DNA of 64,000 nt, from NCBI RefSeq assembly GCF_009914755.1, contig NC_060925.1. One strand, written 5' to 3'. A program made the position numbers and the translations under genes. Position 1 is the stretch's first letter, and the number at the start of each line of letters is the position of its first letter. Source of the DNA: the human T2T-CHM13v2.0 reference genome, Homo sapiens. The notes below the pieces were generated by a model. It saw only the letters and a program-made list of their open reading frames with translations, was not told the DNA's origin and made no database searches. This document shows positions 16,363-31,870 of this stretch, in pieces.

Positions 16363-17103
16363 AGTCAAAACCATGATGAGATACCATCTCATGTCAGTCA
16401 GAATGGCAATTATTAAAAAGTGAAGAAACAACGAATGCTGGTGAGGTTATGGAGAAATAGGAACACTTTTACACTGTTGGTGGGATTGTAAATTGTGGAA
16501 GACAGTGTGGTGATTCCTCCAATATCTAAAACCAGAAATACCATTTAACCTAGCAGTCTCATTACTGGGTATATACCCAAAGGAATATAAATCATTCTAT
16601 TATGATGATACATGCATGCATATGTTCATTGCAGCACTATTCACAATAGCAAAGACATGGAATCAACCCAAATGCCCATCAGAGATAGACTGGATAAAGA
16701 AAATGTGGTACATATACACCATGCAATACCATGCAGCCATAAAAAAGAAAGGAGATCATGTCCTTTGCAGTGACACGGATGGAGCTGGAAGCCGTTATAC
16801 TCAGCAAACCAATGCAGGAACAGAAAACCAAACACTGCATGTCCTCACTTATAAGTGGGAGTTGAACAATGAGAACATATGGACATAGGAAGGGGAACAT
16901 CACCCGCCGGCATCTGTCATGGTGTGGGGTAGGGCGAGGGAGAGCATTAGGACAAATAGCTAATGCATGCTGAACTTAATACCTAGGTGATAGATTGATA
17001 GGTGCGGTAAACCACCATGCCACATGTTTACCTATGTAACAAAACTGCACATCCTCCACATGTACCCTAGAACTTAAAATAAAAATAAATTTTTTAAAAA
17101 AAA
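16363..17103 (+). mobile_element. 5'-truncated L1PA (ORF2 C-terminus + 3' UTR)
   Basis: ORF MFIAALFTIAKTWNQPKCPS; L1 3' UTR and A-rich tail. Confidence 0.93.
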
Positions 17104-17623
17104 TTGCTATTTTTGCTTCGAGGAATGCTTAAGAGGCTGTTATCTCTTTATTTCATTTTGAATACTTTTTCTTTCTGGTTTATTATGGACTAATTTTTTT
17201 TCCTGGTAGTTTGGATGTCATATATGAAGGCAAAAATAAGCCATCAGTTTTGAGAGACGATACATACAAATACAACAGTTGCCCAACATTTTTAATAGTT
17301 ATTTTACAAACAGATTTTCATTTTGAACAGAAATTCTAGAGGATTATAATGACATTAAACTTGCATATACAACCTCTTCTTACATTTGAAAAAAGTTTCT
17401 TACAATATTATAAAAGATAATATGTTTCTATGTTATAACTTTTTTGATATCATATTACCTTTATTATAATACAGTATATAATAATTTGAAGCAATAATGA
17501 TAGATGTTTATTGAATGCTTTCCATCTGCTTGGCCTGGTTTTAAGATGTTTATATGGATTAAACCATTGAATCTAAATGTTATTTTATTCTTAAGGAAAC
17601 TGAAACACAAGAGTTTAAAGTCA

Positions 17624-17957
<334 letters not shown>

Positions 17958-20647
17958 TCAGAACTTCAGGAATTGAAAGTAGTTTGTTTGACTCCAAAAC
18001 TCAAACCCTTAAACACTACAAAATACTCCCTACTGGAGAAAATTATGAATGCTTATCTCAACATATAATTTGTTAAAAGTAGCAAAAATCATTCAATGAA
18101 GAAGAAATCTTTTAAATTTTTTGTTCATATTATCTATATTAATTGCTTACAGAATTCATTGGACAAATAATTGCTTTGATTTTTCACTTTGCTAGTATAG
18201 ACATAATCAGCATGAAGCATATATAGCTTTCTGAATGTGCTGAAGACTTGAATTATTTTGCAGGCGACTAAGATGTAGGGCTTACAATAAGCAATATGGA
18301 ATTGTAAATTACCTAATGAATTTGGGGGACAAAAGACTAGTTTGTACATATAATACTTTGACTTTTCTAGGTAATCTTTAATTCTTATTTTCTCTTAACC
18401 CTGTTTAAAAATTCTCAGAAAACACTTGTCTATTTAAGCAGGCAGAAGATAAAAGAAATTATCTTTGGAAATACAGAATTGGAATCTCATACGGGGAACT
18501 TTTACAGTATCAATGCAGAATACTGAAATGTAAACTGATAGTACTAGAAAGTATTATTATTATGTTATAACATAACCTCATAGCATATACATATTAGGAA
18601 ACTGAGGTGCATTAAAGTTAAGTGACATGGCCAAGGTTAAGAAGTTAATTGATAGTGGGGACAAAAATATTATTCGGCTCTCTGAATGATTTGAATTATG
18701 ATGCAATACTTCTTTCTATACCTCAGTTACATAAAATAATAGTAAATCAAAATAAAATTCAAAACAAAACAAATGGAGTGAAATATGTTAGAAGAAGTAA
18801 TGTTAGGAGTAATCACATTTTATCACAAGAAAATGAAAGCCACAAGAGTTTCCATTAGGGTCACTTTTGTTATATTGTTTTGAATGCAATGATTAATTCT
18901 TAGTGTCTCTTCTGCACCAGGAAATATGTAGAAAATTCCTCTGTTTTGACACACAATTTCTTTTATTTTTTACCTAACAACATGAAATTTCTTGTGGAAG
19001 TGTCTTTTCCTTCTGGTGAAAGACTAATTTGCTGTATTAACAGAGTATAACAGTTTGGTTTGCTAGCTTGATGTTCTTTGTAATTAAGAAAAATTGATAA
19101 GGAGGACTCAATGTCAATACCTGCTTGAAACCATAATCATATTTCTTTTCTTGCAATATTTGATTAGATCTAATAACTGTGTCAAACATTTTATTGAACT
19201 GTGGCATGACAAGATCTCTTTTTTATTATTGGCTGTTAACATTCTTGTCATATTTAATGTTTCACCTGGGAAATGGCTTTTATTCAGAGTTCACTCTTAT
19301 GTGTGTCTACCTTTCAACCTTGATGCAAAACAAATGACTTCTTATCTCAGCCATAAAGGAATCTTCAAAAAATATGAGGGAATTTTGTATGCTCAGTAAG
19401 GGTCTCTCCTGAAGTAGACATTAACTGTGCAGTTTGTTCTATCAAGTTTAATAGTTTTAAAAATTATTTTAATAACACATGACATTTTGCCAAAATGATC
19501 AGGATTCCTCTTTAAGACTATTTTGGTACTACTCAAAGTATGACAATTTATGTAACTGAAGCATCTTTATTTATAGTTTAAGTTCTGGGCTTCAAGAAAA
19601 CATTTTGGAAAGATTCTTGTCTACAAAGCTACAAACATCCAGGAGGAAGCCCCTGCTCAGTAAGAAGTACTATACAGATCCATATCATCTGTATCTCTAT
19701 CTGTATTTATCTTTTATTCTTCACAGAATGCCTCAAAACTTTAAATAAACATATTTGGCTTCTCCTATGTTTAACTAAAAATGTTGTATTTTTCTAAAGA
19801 TTCCTGATATCATATATTTACATAGGTAGCTATAAGATTTCCATGGTAATAATGTACCAACTCTATTTATTTGGGGAAAAGAAGTTTCTGAAACATATAT
19901 GGGAAATATCAACATCTATTAAATCTAAATACAAATACATAGTGTTTAATTATGTTCTGTTTATTGGGAAAATGAGAGACAACAATAATATTTTAATTTA
20001 AATTTCTTCCTAATGAATGTTTCTAGATCCACCTTAATTTTCCTCTTTTCTTTGATAAGTACAGTCTGCATCATACCTTTTGCCACCCTTTCCTAATTAT
20101 TTCTTGTTAAGAATTTCATTCGCTTTCCTAAAAGGCAATGTATTTATACTTCTCTTGTATCCATAATGATTCCTATAATGATTCTATTTAAATTTTATTT
20201 TAACGCAACTGAATACAAATCTCAAGCTCAAATATGATATTTGAAAATGCATTTCACCACTTTGGCTTTTTGCTTGAGTCAATGTTCTTATTTTTAATTT
20301 ATTTTTTATTTGTATAAATTTATGCGGTTCAAGTGGAATTGTATGACATGCATAGATTACATAGTGATCGGGTCAGGGCTTTAGGGTATCCATCGCCCAA
20401 ATAACTTACATTTCAAGCGATTAAGTAATTTCTCATCATCGACCTCTCTCCCACCCCTGTATCCTTCTAAGTCTTCATTGTCTATCATTCTGTTCTCTAT
20501 ATTCATGTATACCCATTTTTTAGCACCCACTAATGAGTGGGAATATGGGATATTTGACTTCCTTTGTCTGGCTTGTTTCACTTGAGATAATGACCTCCAG
20601 TTCTGTCCATGTTCCTGCAAAAGACATGATTTCATTCTTTTTGATGA

Positions 20648-21004
<357 letters not shown>

Positions 21005-21929
21005 TGAACAGTTTGAAATGATCTTCTCCCATTCTGCAGGTGTTGTTCACTCTGTTTTTGTTTGTTTGTTTTGCTGTGCAGAAGTTTTTAGTTTAATTAA
21101 GTTTCATCGACCTATTTTTGTTTTTGTTACTTGTGCTTTTGAAGTCTTTGTCATAAATTCTTAGCCTAGTTCTATGTCCTGGTGAATTTTCCCTAGTTTT
21201 TCTTCTTTAGAGTTGTTATACTTTGGGGTCTTACATTTAAGCCTTTAATCTATCTTGAGTAGATATTTGTATATGGTGAGAGATAGGGATCCGGTTTCAT
21301 TACTCTGCATATAACAATCCAATTTCCCCATCATCATTTATTGAAAAATGTGTCCTTTCCCCAATGTATGTTCTTTTCAGCTTTGTCAAACATCAGCTGG
21401 CTGTAAATATATAGCTTTATTTCTCAGTTCTCTAGTCTTTTCCATTGATCTATGTGTCTATTTTTATACCAGTACCATGCTATTTTGGTTACTAGAGCTT
21501 TGTAATATAATTTGAAGTCAGGTAATATTATGCCTCCCGCTTTGTTCTTTTTGCTTAGGATTGCTTTTCCTATTCGGGCTCTTTTTTGGTTCCATATGAA
21601 TTTTAGAATGGTTTTTTTTTCTAATTCTGTGAAAAATGATGTTGGCATTTTGATAGGCATTGCCTTGAATCTGCAGAGTGCTTTGGACAGTATGGTCATT
21701 TTAATGACATTGAGCCTTCTAATCCGTGAGTTTGGGATGTTTTTCCACTTGTTTATCTACAATTTCTTTCATCAGTGTTTTGCAGTTCTCCTTGTAGAGA
21801 CCTTTCAGTTCTTTAGTTAAATTTATTCCCAGATATTTTATTTATTTTCTGTAGCCATTGTAAATGGGATTGGCTTCTGGATTTTTTTCTCAGCTAGCTC
21901 GTTGTTGATGTATAAAAATATCACTAATT

Positions 21930-22240
21930 ATTTTTATTTATTTATTTATTCTTATTTTTTGAGATGGAGTCTTGCTCTGTTGCCCAGGCTGGAGTGCAGT
22001 GATGCAATCTCGGCTCACTGAAAGCTCTGCCTCTCGGGTTCATGCCATTCTCCTGCCTCAGCCTCCTGAGTAGCTGGGACTACAGGCACCCACCACAGCA
22101 CCTGGCTAATTTTTTGTATTTTTAGAGAGACGGGGTTTCACCGTGTTACCTAGGATGGTCTCGATCTCCTGACCTTGTAATCCGCCGGCCTCGGCTTCCC
22201 AAAGTGCTGGGATTACAGGCGTGAGCCACCGCGCCCAGCC
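21930..22240 (-). mobile_element. AluY-like
   Basis: Diagnostic TTCATGCCATTCTCC; degenerate TSD AAAAAT(AT/GC)CACT(A/G)ATT. Confidence 0.93.
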
Positions 22241-22984
22241 AAAAATGCCACTGATTTTTTATGTTGATTTTGTGGCATGCAATTTTACTAAACTTATTTA
22301 TCAAATCTAGGAATCCTTTGGTGGAGTCCTTAGGTTTTTCTAGACATAAGATCATGTCATCAGCAAACAGGGATAATTTGACTTCCCCTTTTCCAATCTG
22401 GATACCTTTTATTTTGTTCTCTTATCTGGCCCCTCTGGCTAGGACTTCCAGGACTATATTGAATAGGAAAGGTGAAAGCGAACATCCTTGTCTTGTAATG
22501 CTGTACATTTCCTTGAATCGTAAATTACCTATCATACTTGATACTAGCATTTTTCCTTTTCATAATTGCCATCACCTATAATTTACTTTAGCTCATAAAT
22601 GTACACATATGTGGGTCTGTCAATTGGTAAGGGATTGATAGGTCCATAGATATTTATCTTAATTTCCTTTCCATACCTTTACAGAATGTTCTCTTAAGGA
22701 CAATTCAATGTCCTCACTCCAATTGATTGTCTTTCATTGCCAATTCTGATTTGCTTTCAGCTGGCTGAATTTTCCCATGGATCTGTGAAATAATCTTCAA
22801 CAATAAAATCTGTGTACAATGAAGTGCCTGGCATTACTCTAGGTGCTGGAATTATAACTGAGATGAAAACACATCCCTGACCTTGAGAAGCTTACAGTCC
22901 TTTACATTTATTTTTTATTATTTAACAATTTTACTAACACCACTATTGCAAAATTTTCTTTAAAAATATACATTTCAGTTTGAG

Positions 22985-23310
22985 TTTTATTTTGTTTTTA
23001 ATTGACATATAATGACTGTACACATTTATGGGGTATAGTGTGATTTTTCAGTAAATGTATACAATGTGTAATAATGAAACCAGGGTAACTAGCACATCTA
23101 TCACCTCAAACACTTGTCATTTCTTTGTGATGAGAGCATTCAAAAGCCTCTCTTCTAACTGTTTTGAACCATAATACATTACTGTTAATTATAGTCACCC
23201 TACTGTGCAATAGCCCTCCAGAGGTATTGCTCCTATCTAACTGGAACTTTGTACCTGTTGAAGAACCTCTCCCCATCCCTGCCTTTTCCCTACTCTTCCC
23301 AGCCTCTTTA
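22985..23310 (-). mobile_element. L1MA-type 3' end
   Basis: TTTTAATTGACATATAATGACTGTACACATTTATGGGGTATAGTGTGA is the reverse L1MA terminus. Confidence 0.8.
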
Positions 23311-24387
23311 CATTTATATTCATAACAAGGGCATCTGATGTTTTCCACTCTCCACTTTTATTCCCAATTGCAGATTTTTCCTATAGGTAATTTACATTGT
23401 GTCCTGCCCTGTTAGTTGACCAGAAAATAGTCAGAGATTACGAGAGTCCTGAGTGATTTGGGGGTGTATTCTCATTCTTGGAAAGGATGACCTTAGCACA
23501 GGCATATTTATGATTCTAGTTCTACCATGGCACAGAGTTTATCGTTCAAGATCTGAAAGTATCAGCAGATTGTATCCTATGCAAGCAAGGGGAAGCCTAC
23601 CCAACAATTATCCATGTATACGTATGTTGAGATTATTCCTCTGGTCCAGATACTGATCCTTGGTGTTCTCCCATAGGAAGCCCTTCCCAGCATTCTGTTT
23701 CTTGGTTTCTGACTCAAACACTACTTCAGCTTCAGAGCTACTCTCAAATTAGCATTGGAAGTGGTTAGGGTTTCCAGTCTCCAAGGATAAAAGCCTTGTG
23801 TCCTAGTCTCCGTTCCTTACATTCTTCTCTAAATCCAGTTTTGGCCAAACATGTGTTCCAGTGAAATTTTGGTATCAAGAATAAGCTTTTAAGAAATAGA
23901 CTAAAAAAATAGACTCTACATATATCAATGTTAAGTTGTAAGAAGCTGTGTAACGTTGTCATGGGTTAAATAAATCACTACAATAAAAGTATTTTTTCAA
24001 TTTTAGGAGGAATTAGTTTCTTAAAGGGATTTTCTTAGTCAAGTCATTTTTCAGGCTTCACTGGGAGTCCTGTGAGAGAGTTTTGCTCATATAGGCCTTT
24101 TGATATTTTTCAAAGATTTACCAAAAACACAGCATATAACTTACAGGTAATGTAAGTAATGCCTCTAGGCCTGGTATTGAGCACCAATTGTGTGCCAAAG
24201 AACTTTGGTAGGGACTGGGAAAGTAGTTCTTGCACTCAGCATACATATGTTCAAGTTTACTCACTATTTATTAGTTGTGAGATACTGGGCAAATTACCTA
24301 ACCTATATGAACCTCTTCTGTTTGAAAAAAAAAACACAGGAAAATAATAATCCCAATACCTGCTCTGTTAAACTCATAGGTTGTTTT

Positions 24388-24657
24388 TGTCCGTTTGTTT
24401 GTTTTTCTCTTTTCTTTTTCTTTTTGTTTTGAGGCAGGGTCTTCCTCTGTTGTTCAAGTTGGAGTGCAGTGGCATGAAATACCTCACTGCAGCCTTGACC
24501 TCCCGGGCTCAAGCCATCCTCCTATCTCAGCCTGCCAAGTAATTTGGACTACAGGCACACGCCACCACAGTCTAGTCTCAAACTCCTGAGCTCAAGCGAT
24601 CCACCTGTCTTGGCCTCCCAAAGTGTTGGGGTAAAGGCGTGAGCCACTGGGCTGGGC
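24388..24657 (-). mobile_element. AluJ-like with central deletion, inside a MIR (~24230-24740)
   Basis: GGCTCAAGCCATCCTCC diagnostic; TSD CTCAT(A/G)GGTTGTTTT at 24373-24387 and 24658-24672. Confidence 0.9.
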
Positions 24658-24768
24658 CTCATGGGTTGTTTTGTGAAATCATGAGCTAATGTATGTGAAA
24701 GTACTTTGTAACTATAATGTGCTACATTGTTGTTATTTATATTTTCTTTCAAAATTGCAGTAAAACAC

Positions 24769-25377
24769 TGAAAGAGTTCAAAAAATACCACCCCAAAATA
24801 TGATGCTTTGATATGCTGATTACTTTGAACCGAGAACACTTGGGCAACAGCAGATGTAGGCAGAGGCTTTCCCTGAGCTCCCCTTTTCTCCCTAAAGATG
24901 ACTCTTCCAAAAAGAACTCAATTGTCATGAATCTCTTTCCCAGGAATCTTATCAACCAGGGAAGGTTAACTAGGATCACAAGAGAGGACTGAGGGTTGAC
25001 AACACGCTCAAACAGACTATCCCTATTCTTCTGAGGGCTTCTCCAAGACAATTTTTATTATCGAAGATATTTTTTATCTGCTCAAAAAGACAATCTTTAT
25101 TCACCATACATTTCCTTCCCTTCCTCTTCCATACTTTGTGTTGCTACCACCCATTGAACCCCCAAGCCCCTATTTCTTTTTGTAGCTCATGATGCTATAT
25201 AAGCTTCAATCATCTGACTCTTCTTTGAGTCTCATATTTTGTGGGATTCTCATGCAAACATATGTAATTAAGTATGGGTTTTTTCCTGTTAATCTATCTA
25301 ATGTCAATTTAATTTGTAGCCCAGCCATGGAACCTAGAAGGGTTCCATGGAGGCAAGCCATTTTTCACTCCCCTACT
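24769..25377 (+). mobile_element. Solo ERV1 LTR (MER34/MER39-like)
   Basis: Start TG...ACCACCCCAAAATATG; end TTTTCCTGTTAATCT...GAACCTAGAAGGG...CCCCTAC typical of this family. Confidence 0.7.
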
Positions 25378-25625
25378 TCACCTTCTCAGAAAATGCTAAA
25401 AAATTCTCTAAGAGAGAAAATGAAAAACTTAACTGCTTTAAGTTGAAACAGAGTAGGTATTAAAGAGCTCCTCCTGTTTATAGCTGCCTATTTGTAAAAT
25501 ACAGCTTGGACATCACTGTTGAAAAATATTTCTTACCATTATTGTATATAAATTATATTCCTGTCTTAACTAATTAAGTAAGTGCCTTAAGAATTGAATA
25601 GATTAAGCCCCAAGAAAGATTTAAC

Positions 25626-25965
<340 letters not shown>

Positions 25966-28027
25966 CTAAAATTATTAGAAATGTAGAAATTGAGGTTGTA
26001 TTACAAGAAGGTTTGCAACATAGACTAAATAAATTTAAACAATATTTGTGTACCAAATGTCTCAGGATTTATGCAGAATACATGCTTATCCTGGTTTCTA
26101 TCATAGGAAATGACAAGATTTTAGTACCTCTCCCCCCTTGTCCAAGGGATGACAACATTTATTGCACAGTTGGTCTCTGAGAGTTATCAATGACACAGGA
26201 AGGTGACTAGATAAACATCAAACACAGTTGATGAAGACAACTTTAATTACCTCACTAGGGGTTTTGAACTAGTTAATTATGGGCTTTTTTTTCCTAAGTA
26301 AACTTTACATATTAAGATGCCTGGTTGATCTCAAAGGAATTTAAAAATAACTTGTAAGAAAAGCACAAACTGTGGTAACTTGGAAATGTAAATCAAATTG
26401 CAAAAACAGATAGATTTCGTAAATCTGAGAGTATTTTTGGATTCTTTTGTTTCTTCTTATTATAAATAGGCTGCCATTTGTATCCAAGGGCATTTTTTTT
26501 CATCCTTATGTGGGCGGCATAATTACACAGAATACTTGAAGTTTAAAAATCTTTATGTAAGTGTGAGATTATAATCAGAACTTGATGTCGCCTATAGTCA
26601 GGGTCTGATTAATATACTTATATTAAATGTCAAAAATAGGATTTAATGTTCTCTTTCTAAAAATAGAAGCTAATAAAATGACATAATTAAGCTTATAATT
26701 AAGAACACAGATACTCCTCGTCTTTGTCTTCTTAGTGGGTAACTAATTCAGGCGACACTTAGAAGTCTTGAAAAATAAGTTTTGAAGGTTGTGCACACTC
26801 TCTCACTGGGGTCATAAAATAAATGAGTACTGTCTACAAATAATATTTACCAAGAGACAATGTCCTTCTTTAACTCCCACCCCCCCGCCAGAATTGTCTT
26901 TAATACTCATTAGTTTTCACACGCTCTGTGCTGTCTCTACTTCTAAAATACATTCCTCTCTTTGGAGAGATACCTTATTTTTCATCTCCCATCTTAAATT
27001 TTCTTTAAGTCTCTAATCAAGCAAGTCATTGATATTTATTTCATATACGTTTTATTACTTGTTACTATGTCGGGCACCATAAAAATACACAAAATTATAG
27101 AACGTTTTACCCTAAAAATTTCTTTGAAGAAAGGAATCCCATCTTGCACTTGTCTGAACTAGTGTTTAGTTAATATGTATTGGTTTGACTTGAGATGAAA
27201 ACGAGATGTAAGACTATATCAATGCCAAATATGATGCTGAAGTTTATAGTGATAGCTTCTCTATTACAAATTGTGTTTGCAATATTATATTTGTGTATTA
27301 TTTTTTCTATTTCACTTTTTCACCATTGAGTTCATTGTTAGCTATGGACTTGTGAAATATGGCCTTTATTATGTTCAGGCACATTCTTTTTTTTACCTGT
27401 TTGTTGAATGTTTTGTCATGGAAGAGTGTTAAATTTTATCAAATTTATTGTGTACATCTATTGAGATGATCATATGTCTTTTATCCTTCATTCTGTTAAA
27501 GTGGTATATCACATTTATTGATTTGCATATGTTGAGCCATCCTTGTATCCTATAAAGACAGACTTATTGGCCATGGAACATAATAGAAAGCCCAGAAATA
27601 AATCTACACATATAGAGTCAACTGATCTTCAGAAAAGATGCCAAGAATACACAATAGGGAAATGACTGTTTCTTCAACAAATTGGGCTGGGAATACTAGA
27701 TAGCCACATCCAAAAGAATGTAATTGGATCCCTATCTGACACCAGACACAAAAACCAACTCCAAATGGGGGTAAAGACTGAAATGTAACATCTGAGTCTT
27801 TGAAACTCTTAGAAAAAAATTTAGGGGGAAATCTTGACAATGGTCTTGGAAATTATTTCTTTGATCTGACACCAAAAGCACAGGCAACTAAAGCAAAAAT
27901 AGACCAGGGACTTATTATCAAACTCAAAAGCATCTGCTATGCAAAGGAAACAATTAACAGAGTGAAATTTATCTGATAAAGGGTTAATATACAAAATATA
28001 TAAGACAGTCCTGTAACTCAGTAGCAA

Positions 28028-28029
<2 letters not shown>

Positions 28030-28061
<32 letters not shown>

Positions 28062-28082
28062 GGAGAGAGAGAGAGAGAGAGA
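28030..28082. repeat. (AC)14 followed by (GA)n
   Basis: Direct reading. Confidence 0.9.
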
Positions 28083-28948
28083 TTTTAAGAATAGGCAAAA
28101 GTCCTGAACATACATTTCCCCAAAGAAAACACACACAAATGGTCACCAGATATATGAAAAAATGCTCAGCATCGCTAATCATCAGAGAAATGTAAATCAA
28201 AATCACAATGAGATATCACCTCACACCTATCAGGATGGCCGTTTTATATATATACACACACACACATATACATATATGCATATATATAATTTATATCTGT
28301 ATATATAAATATAAATATAAAAACAAGTGTTGAGAATGTAGAGATATTAGAACTATTGTATACTGTTGGTGCAAATGTAAGTAGATGCAGTCACTATGGA
28401 AAACAGTGTGGAGTCTCTTCAAAAAATAAAAACAGGGTTAGTATACAATCCAGCGATCCCACTTATGGGTATATATTAAAAATTGAAATCAGTATCTCAG
28501 AGAAATATCTGCATTCTCATGTTCATTGCAGCATGATTTACAATAGCCAAGATGTTGAAAGAATCCAATTGTTCATCAATGGATGAATGGAAAAAGAAAA
28601 TATGTTGTCTAATACAATTTAGTATTGATCAATATTTAAAAAATAGAAATCATTCTATTTGCAACAGCATGGATGAACCTGGAGGACATTATGCTGAGTG
28701 AAATAAGCCAGTCACAGAAGGACAGATACTGAATGATTCCACTTGTATGAGGTATCTAAAATAGTCAAATTTAAAGAAGTACAGAATAGAATGTTGGTTG
28801 TCAGGGGTTTGGGAAAGGAGTACGTGCTAATTTTTGCTCAATATGTATGAATTTTCAATTATGCAAGAAGAATCATTTCTAGAGATTCACTATAAAAGGC
28901 AGTGCCAATAGTTAACAATGCAGTATTGTGCACTAAAAAATTTAAGAG

Positions 28949-29210
28949 GGGCTGTGGGTGGTGGCTCACACCTGTAATCCGGCACTTTGGGAGGCTTGGG
29001 CAGGAGGATTGCTTGAGCCCTGGAATGCAAGACCAAGCTGGGCAACATAGTGATACCCTGGCTCTACAAAAAACTTTAAAAAATTAGCTGGGTGTGGTGG
29101 CATGCTCCTGTAGCCCAGGAATTTGAGGTTGCGGTGGGTTGTGATTCACCACTGCACTCCAGCCTGGGCAACAGAGTTAGATCCTGTCTCAAAAAAAAAA
29201 AAAAAAAAAA
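28949..29210 (+). mobile_element. AluJ-like with internal deletion
   Basis: GGAGGATTGCTTGAGCCC diagnostic; A20 tail. Confidence 0.9.
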
Positions 29211-30776
29211 TGAGAGAGGACATCTCTTGGTAAGTGTTCCTACCACAAAAGTAAACAAAAAACACAAAAGAATGTCAGAAAACTTTTGGAGATAATGGAT
29301 ATATTTATCATCTTGATTGTGATGATGATATCTTGGATAAATGAAGATGTCCAAACTCATCAAATTGTATATATCAAACATACAATTTTTTGTATACAAT
29401 TATACCTCAATAAATCTGATTTTTAAAAAAGAAATGATAGCAATAATCACACACACATTCACACAAACAAGCAACATGCAGAAGACGACAGAACTAATAA
29501 AAGGAAGTGGTTGGTCTGACTGATTCTATGAATCTGTGGGTTGGTATATTTAATTATTTCTAGACTTCTTAGCCATCATCCCTTGAAATACTGCTTCAGA
29601 CCCATTTTTTCCTTTTTTAAAAATTCAGTTATGTATGCATTAGGACTTTTTACTATATTTTCCATGTCTCTTACTCTGTTTTATAGTTCCATCTTTTTTT
29701 TTTTGCTATACTATATTGTGATTAATTTCTTCTGAACTAGTTCCTAGTTCACTACTTCTCTATATTTTCAGTTTGCTGCCATCTATGTCCAACATGTTTT
29801 TAATATTGGTTGTTCTTTCATTTCTAGAAGTCCTTTTTTTTAAAGACAGTTGTCATTTGTTTTAGCGTTTCCGTTACCTGTAGATAATTTCAGTCTTGCC
29901 ATCTATTTCTTTAAACAGGATAAGATGGATTGTTTTAGAATGTCTGACAATACCAACATTTGAAGTTTGGATGAGTCTGTTCCTAATATGTCTATTTTTG
30001 TGTTTATTCTTGCTCATGGTGCCTTGGGTAAATGGTTTAAGTGTACTAATAATTGCCATTGGGAAGATGTTTGTGGAGATTCACTAAAGCACGAGATGAA
30101 AGTCCTGTCTCAGGGAAGATTTACACTTTCCAGAAATCTGGGAGCACTACAAGTTAGAAACCTCCTTAAAGCAAGTTCAAGGCTTGTGCTTCATTGGCCC
30201 ACTGAGTTGTATCTTGGCAGCATGTTCTTCTGTAGTGCACTCTACTGGGAGTTCATCAAGAAAAGGTTTTGTTTGTTTTCATTTCCTTGGGTTATGCATA
30301 GTTTTTCAGAGCCAAGTCAAATGGCCCTACCTGCAATGCACCACGGTTTGGTAGTTGTGGGGGATACCAGTTCTGGCTCACTTTTCTTCTGATAGTGTTA
30401 ATTTTTGAGATTCACTTAATGTGGTGGTGACATCTTCTCTATGATTGCTCACCTAGAGTGGCTTAATGAGGCCAGAGACCAAAGCCCAAGTTTGTCTACC
30501 AAGATTGGTAGATTGGTACACGCAGGGCCAAAACAGTTTAGGTATATGATGTATCCCTTGCTGCTCTGGGTGTAGATTTTATCTATCCTTATTTGGGTAG
30601 GCAGTATTCTGTTATCTCTTCAGCTCTTCTATGCTTTAATGTTAATGAAAAATATGTATTTATCTAGTATTTTAGTCATTTTCACCTAACCTAGCTCTTC
30701 ATACCAGAAAAGCAACTGTCCTAACTTCAAAGCTGGGACTCATAACTGATTTGCCTTCCTGTTATGACAAACATTC

Positions 30777-30810
<34 letters not shown>

Positions 30811-31122
30811 TATTTATTTATTTTTATTTTTATTTTTTTTGAGACGGAGTCCTCCTCTGTCGCCCAGGCTGGAGTGCAGTGGCGTGATCTCGGCTCACTG
30901 CAAGCTCCGCCTCCCGGGTTCAAGCCATTCTGCTGCCTCAGCCTCTCCGAGTAGCTGGGACTACAGGCTCCCGCCACCAAGGCCGGCTAATTTTTTGTAT
31001 GTTTAGTAGAGACGGGGTTTCACCGTGTTAGCCAGGATGGTCTGGATCTCCTGACCTCGTGATCCGCCCACCTAGGCTTCCCAAAGTGCTGGGATTACAG
31101 GCGTGAGCCATCGCGCCCGGCC
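30777..31122 (-). mobile_element. AluY with (ATT)n tail
   Basis: GCAAGCTCCGCC and GCCATTC diagnostics; TCTATTATT on both flanks. Confidence 0.95.
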
Positions 31123-31870
31123 TCTATTATTTTTCTTTAACATTGTCCCCCACCTGACAATTGCTAGACGTATTTTTACTGATAAATCCACGTTCTTCTT
31201 GCAGGGGTCAAAAAAGACAAAAATCAACAAGAAGTTAGCATGAATAAATGCTTTCTCAAGCAATCCTACTTAAAACTTGATGTTCAAACTCTTTACAAGT
31301 TGTACAGAAACAGGGTTTCACACTTGAAAATTTAAGACTGCAATGTGTTCTAACCTTTCAGGACCTTGCATTCATTTTCAATCACAAGATGCAGGAATTT
31401 ATTAGAGTTTGATGTGCAACTGATGACGTGCTTAATATGTTATATGAGTATTGTGTCCTCTAATGCTCCCTGGACCAACATAAAAACAAAAAGTTGCATC
31501 TCATTGGAGCTGTTGAAACACAAAAATTTTAATAAATAAGAATTACAGTGTAATAAAATTTATCATTATATGAGGAACTGGGATAGCAGTAAATGTCTTT
31601 GGAAACTCATATTATTCTTTTGCTCTTCCTGTTTCTATTCCATTCTAACATTGTAATGAATTCTTTAGGCATTTCTTAGGGGGATTTTAAAATCTAAACT
31701 ACTCCCAAATCTCCTTTTTTTTTTTTCTAAAACTATTCCAGGACTAAATTTTAAGATTATCTTTCTCTTTCAAAAACAGAATACCTACCCGTTCTACTTA
31801 GGTTTTCCTTGTACAGACATTTATAAATGCTGTTCTGATTCTGACCTTTCTTCCTTCTCTATTTACTCTA

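Larger units (their letters stand above)
27310..29420 (+). mobile_element. L1MA/MB-type element: antisense ORF2 piece to ~27552, then sense ORF2/3' UTR
   Basis: Recognisable L1 ORF2 and 3' UTR ending TATACCTCAATAAA; interrupted by microsatellites and an Alu. Confidence 0.8.

Noticed and set aside
29530-30700. 141-aa ORF (29967-30392) and neighbours
   Set aside because: No recognisable domain or exon structure; lies in what looks like degenerate old L1-type sequence that I cannot classify.
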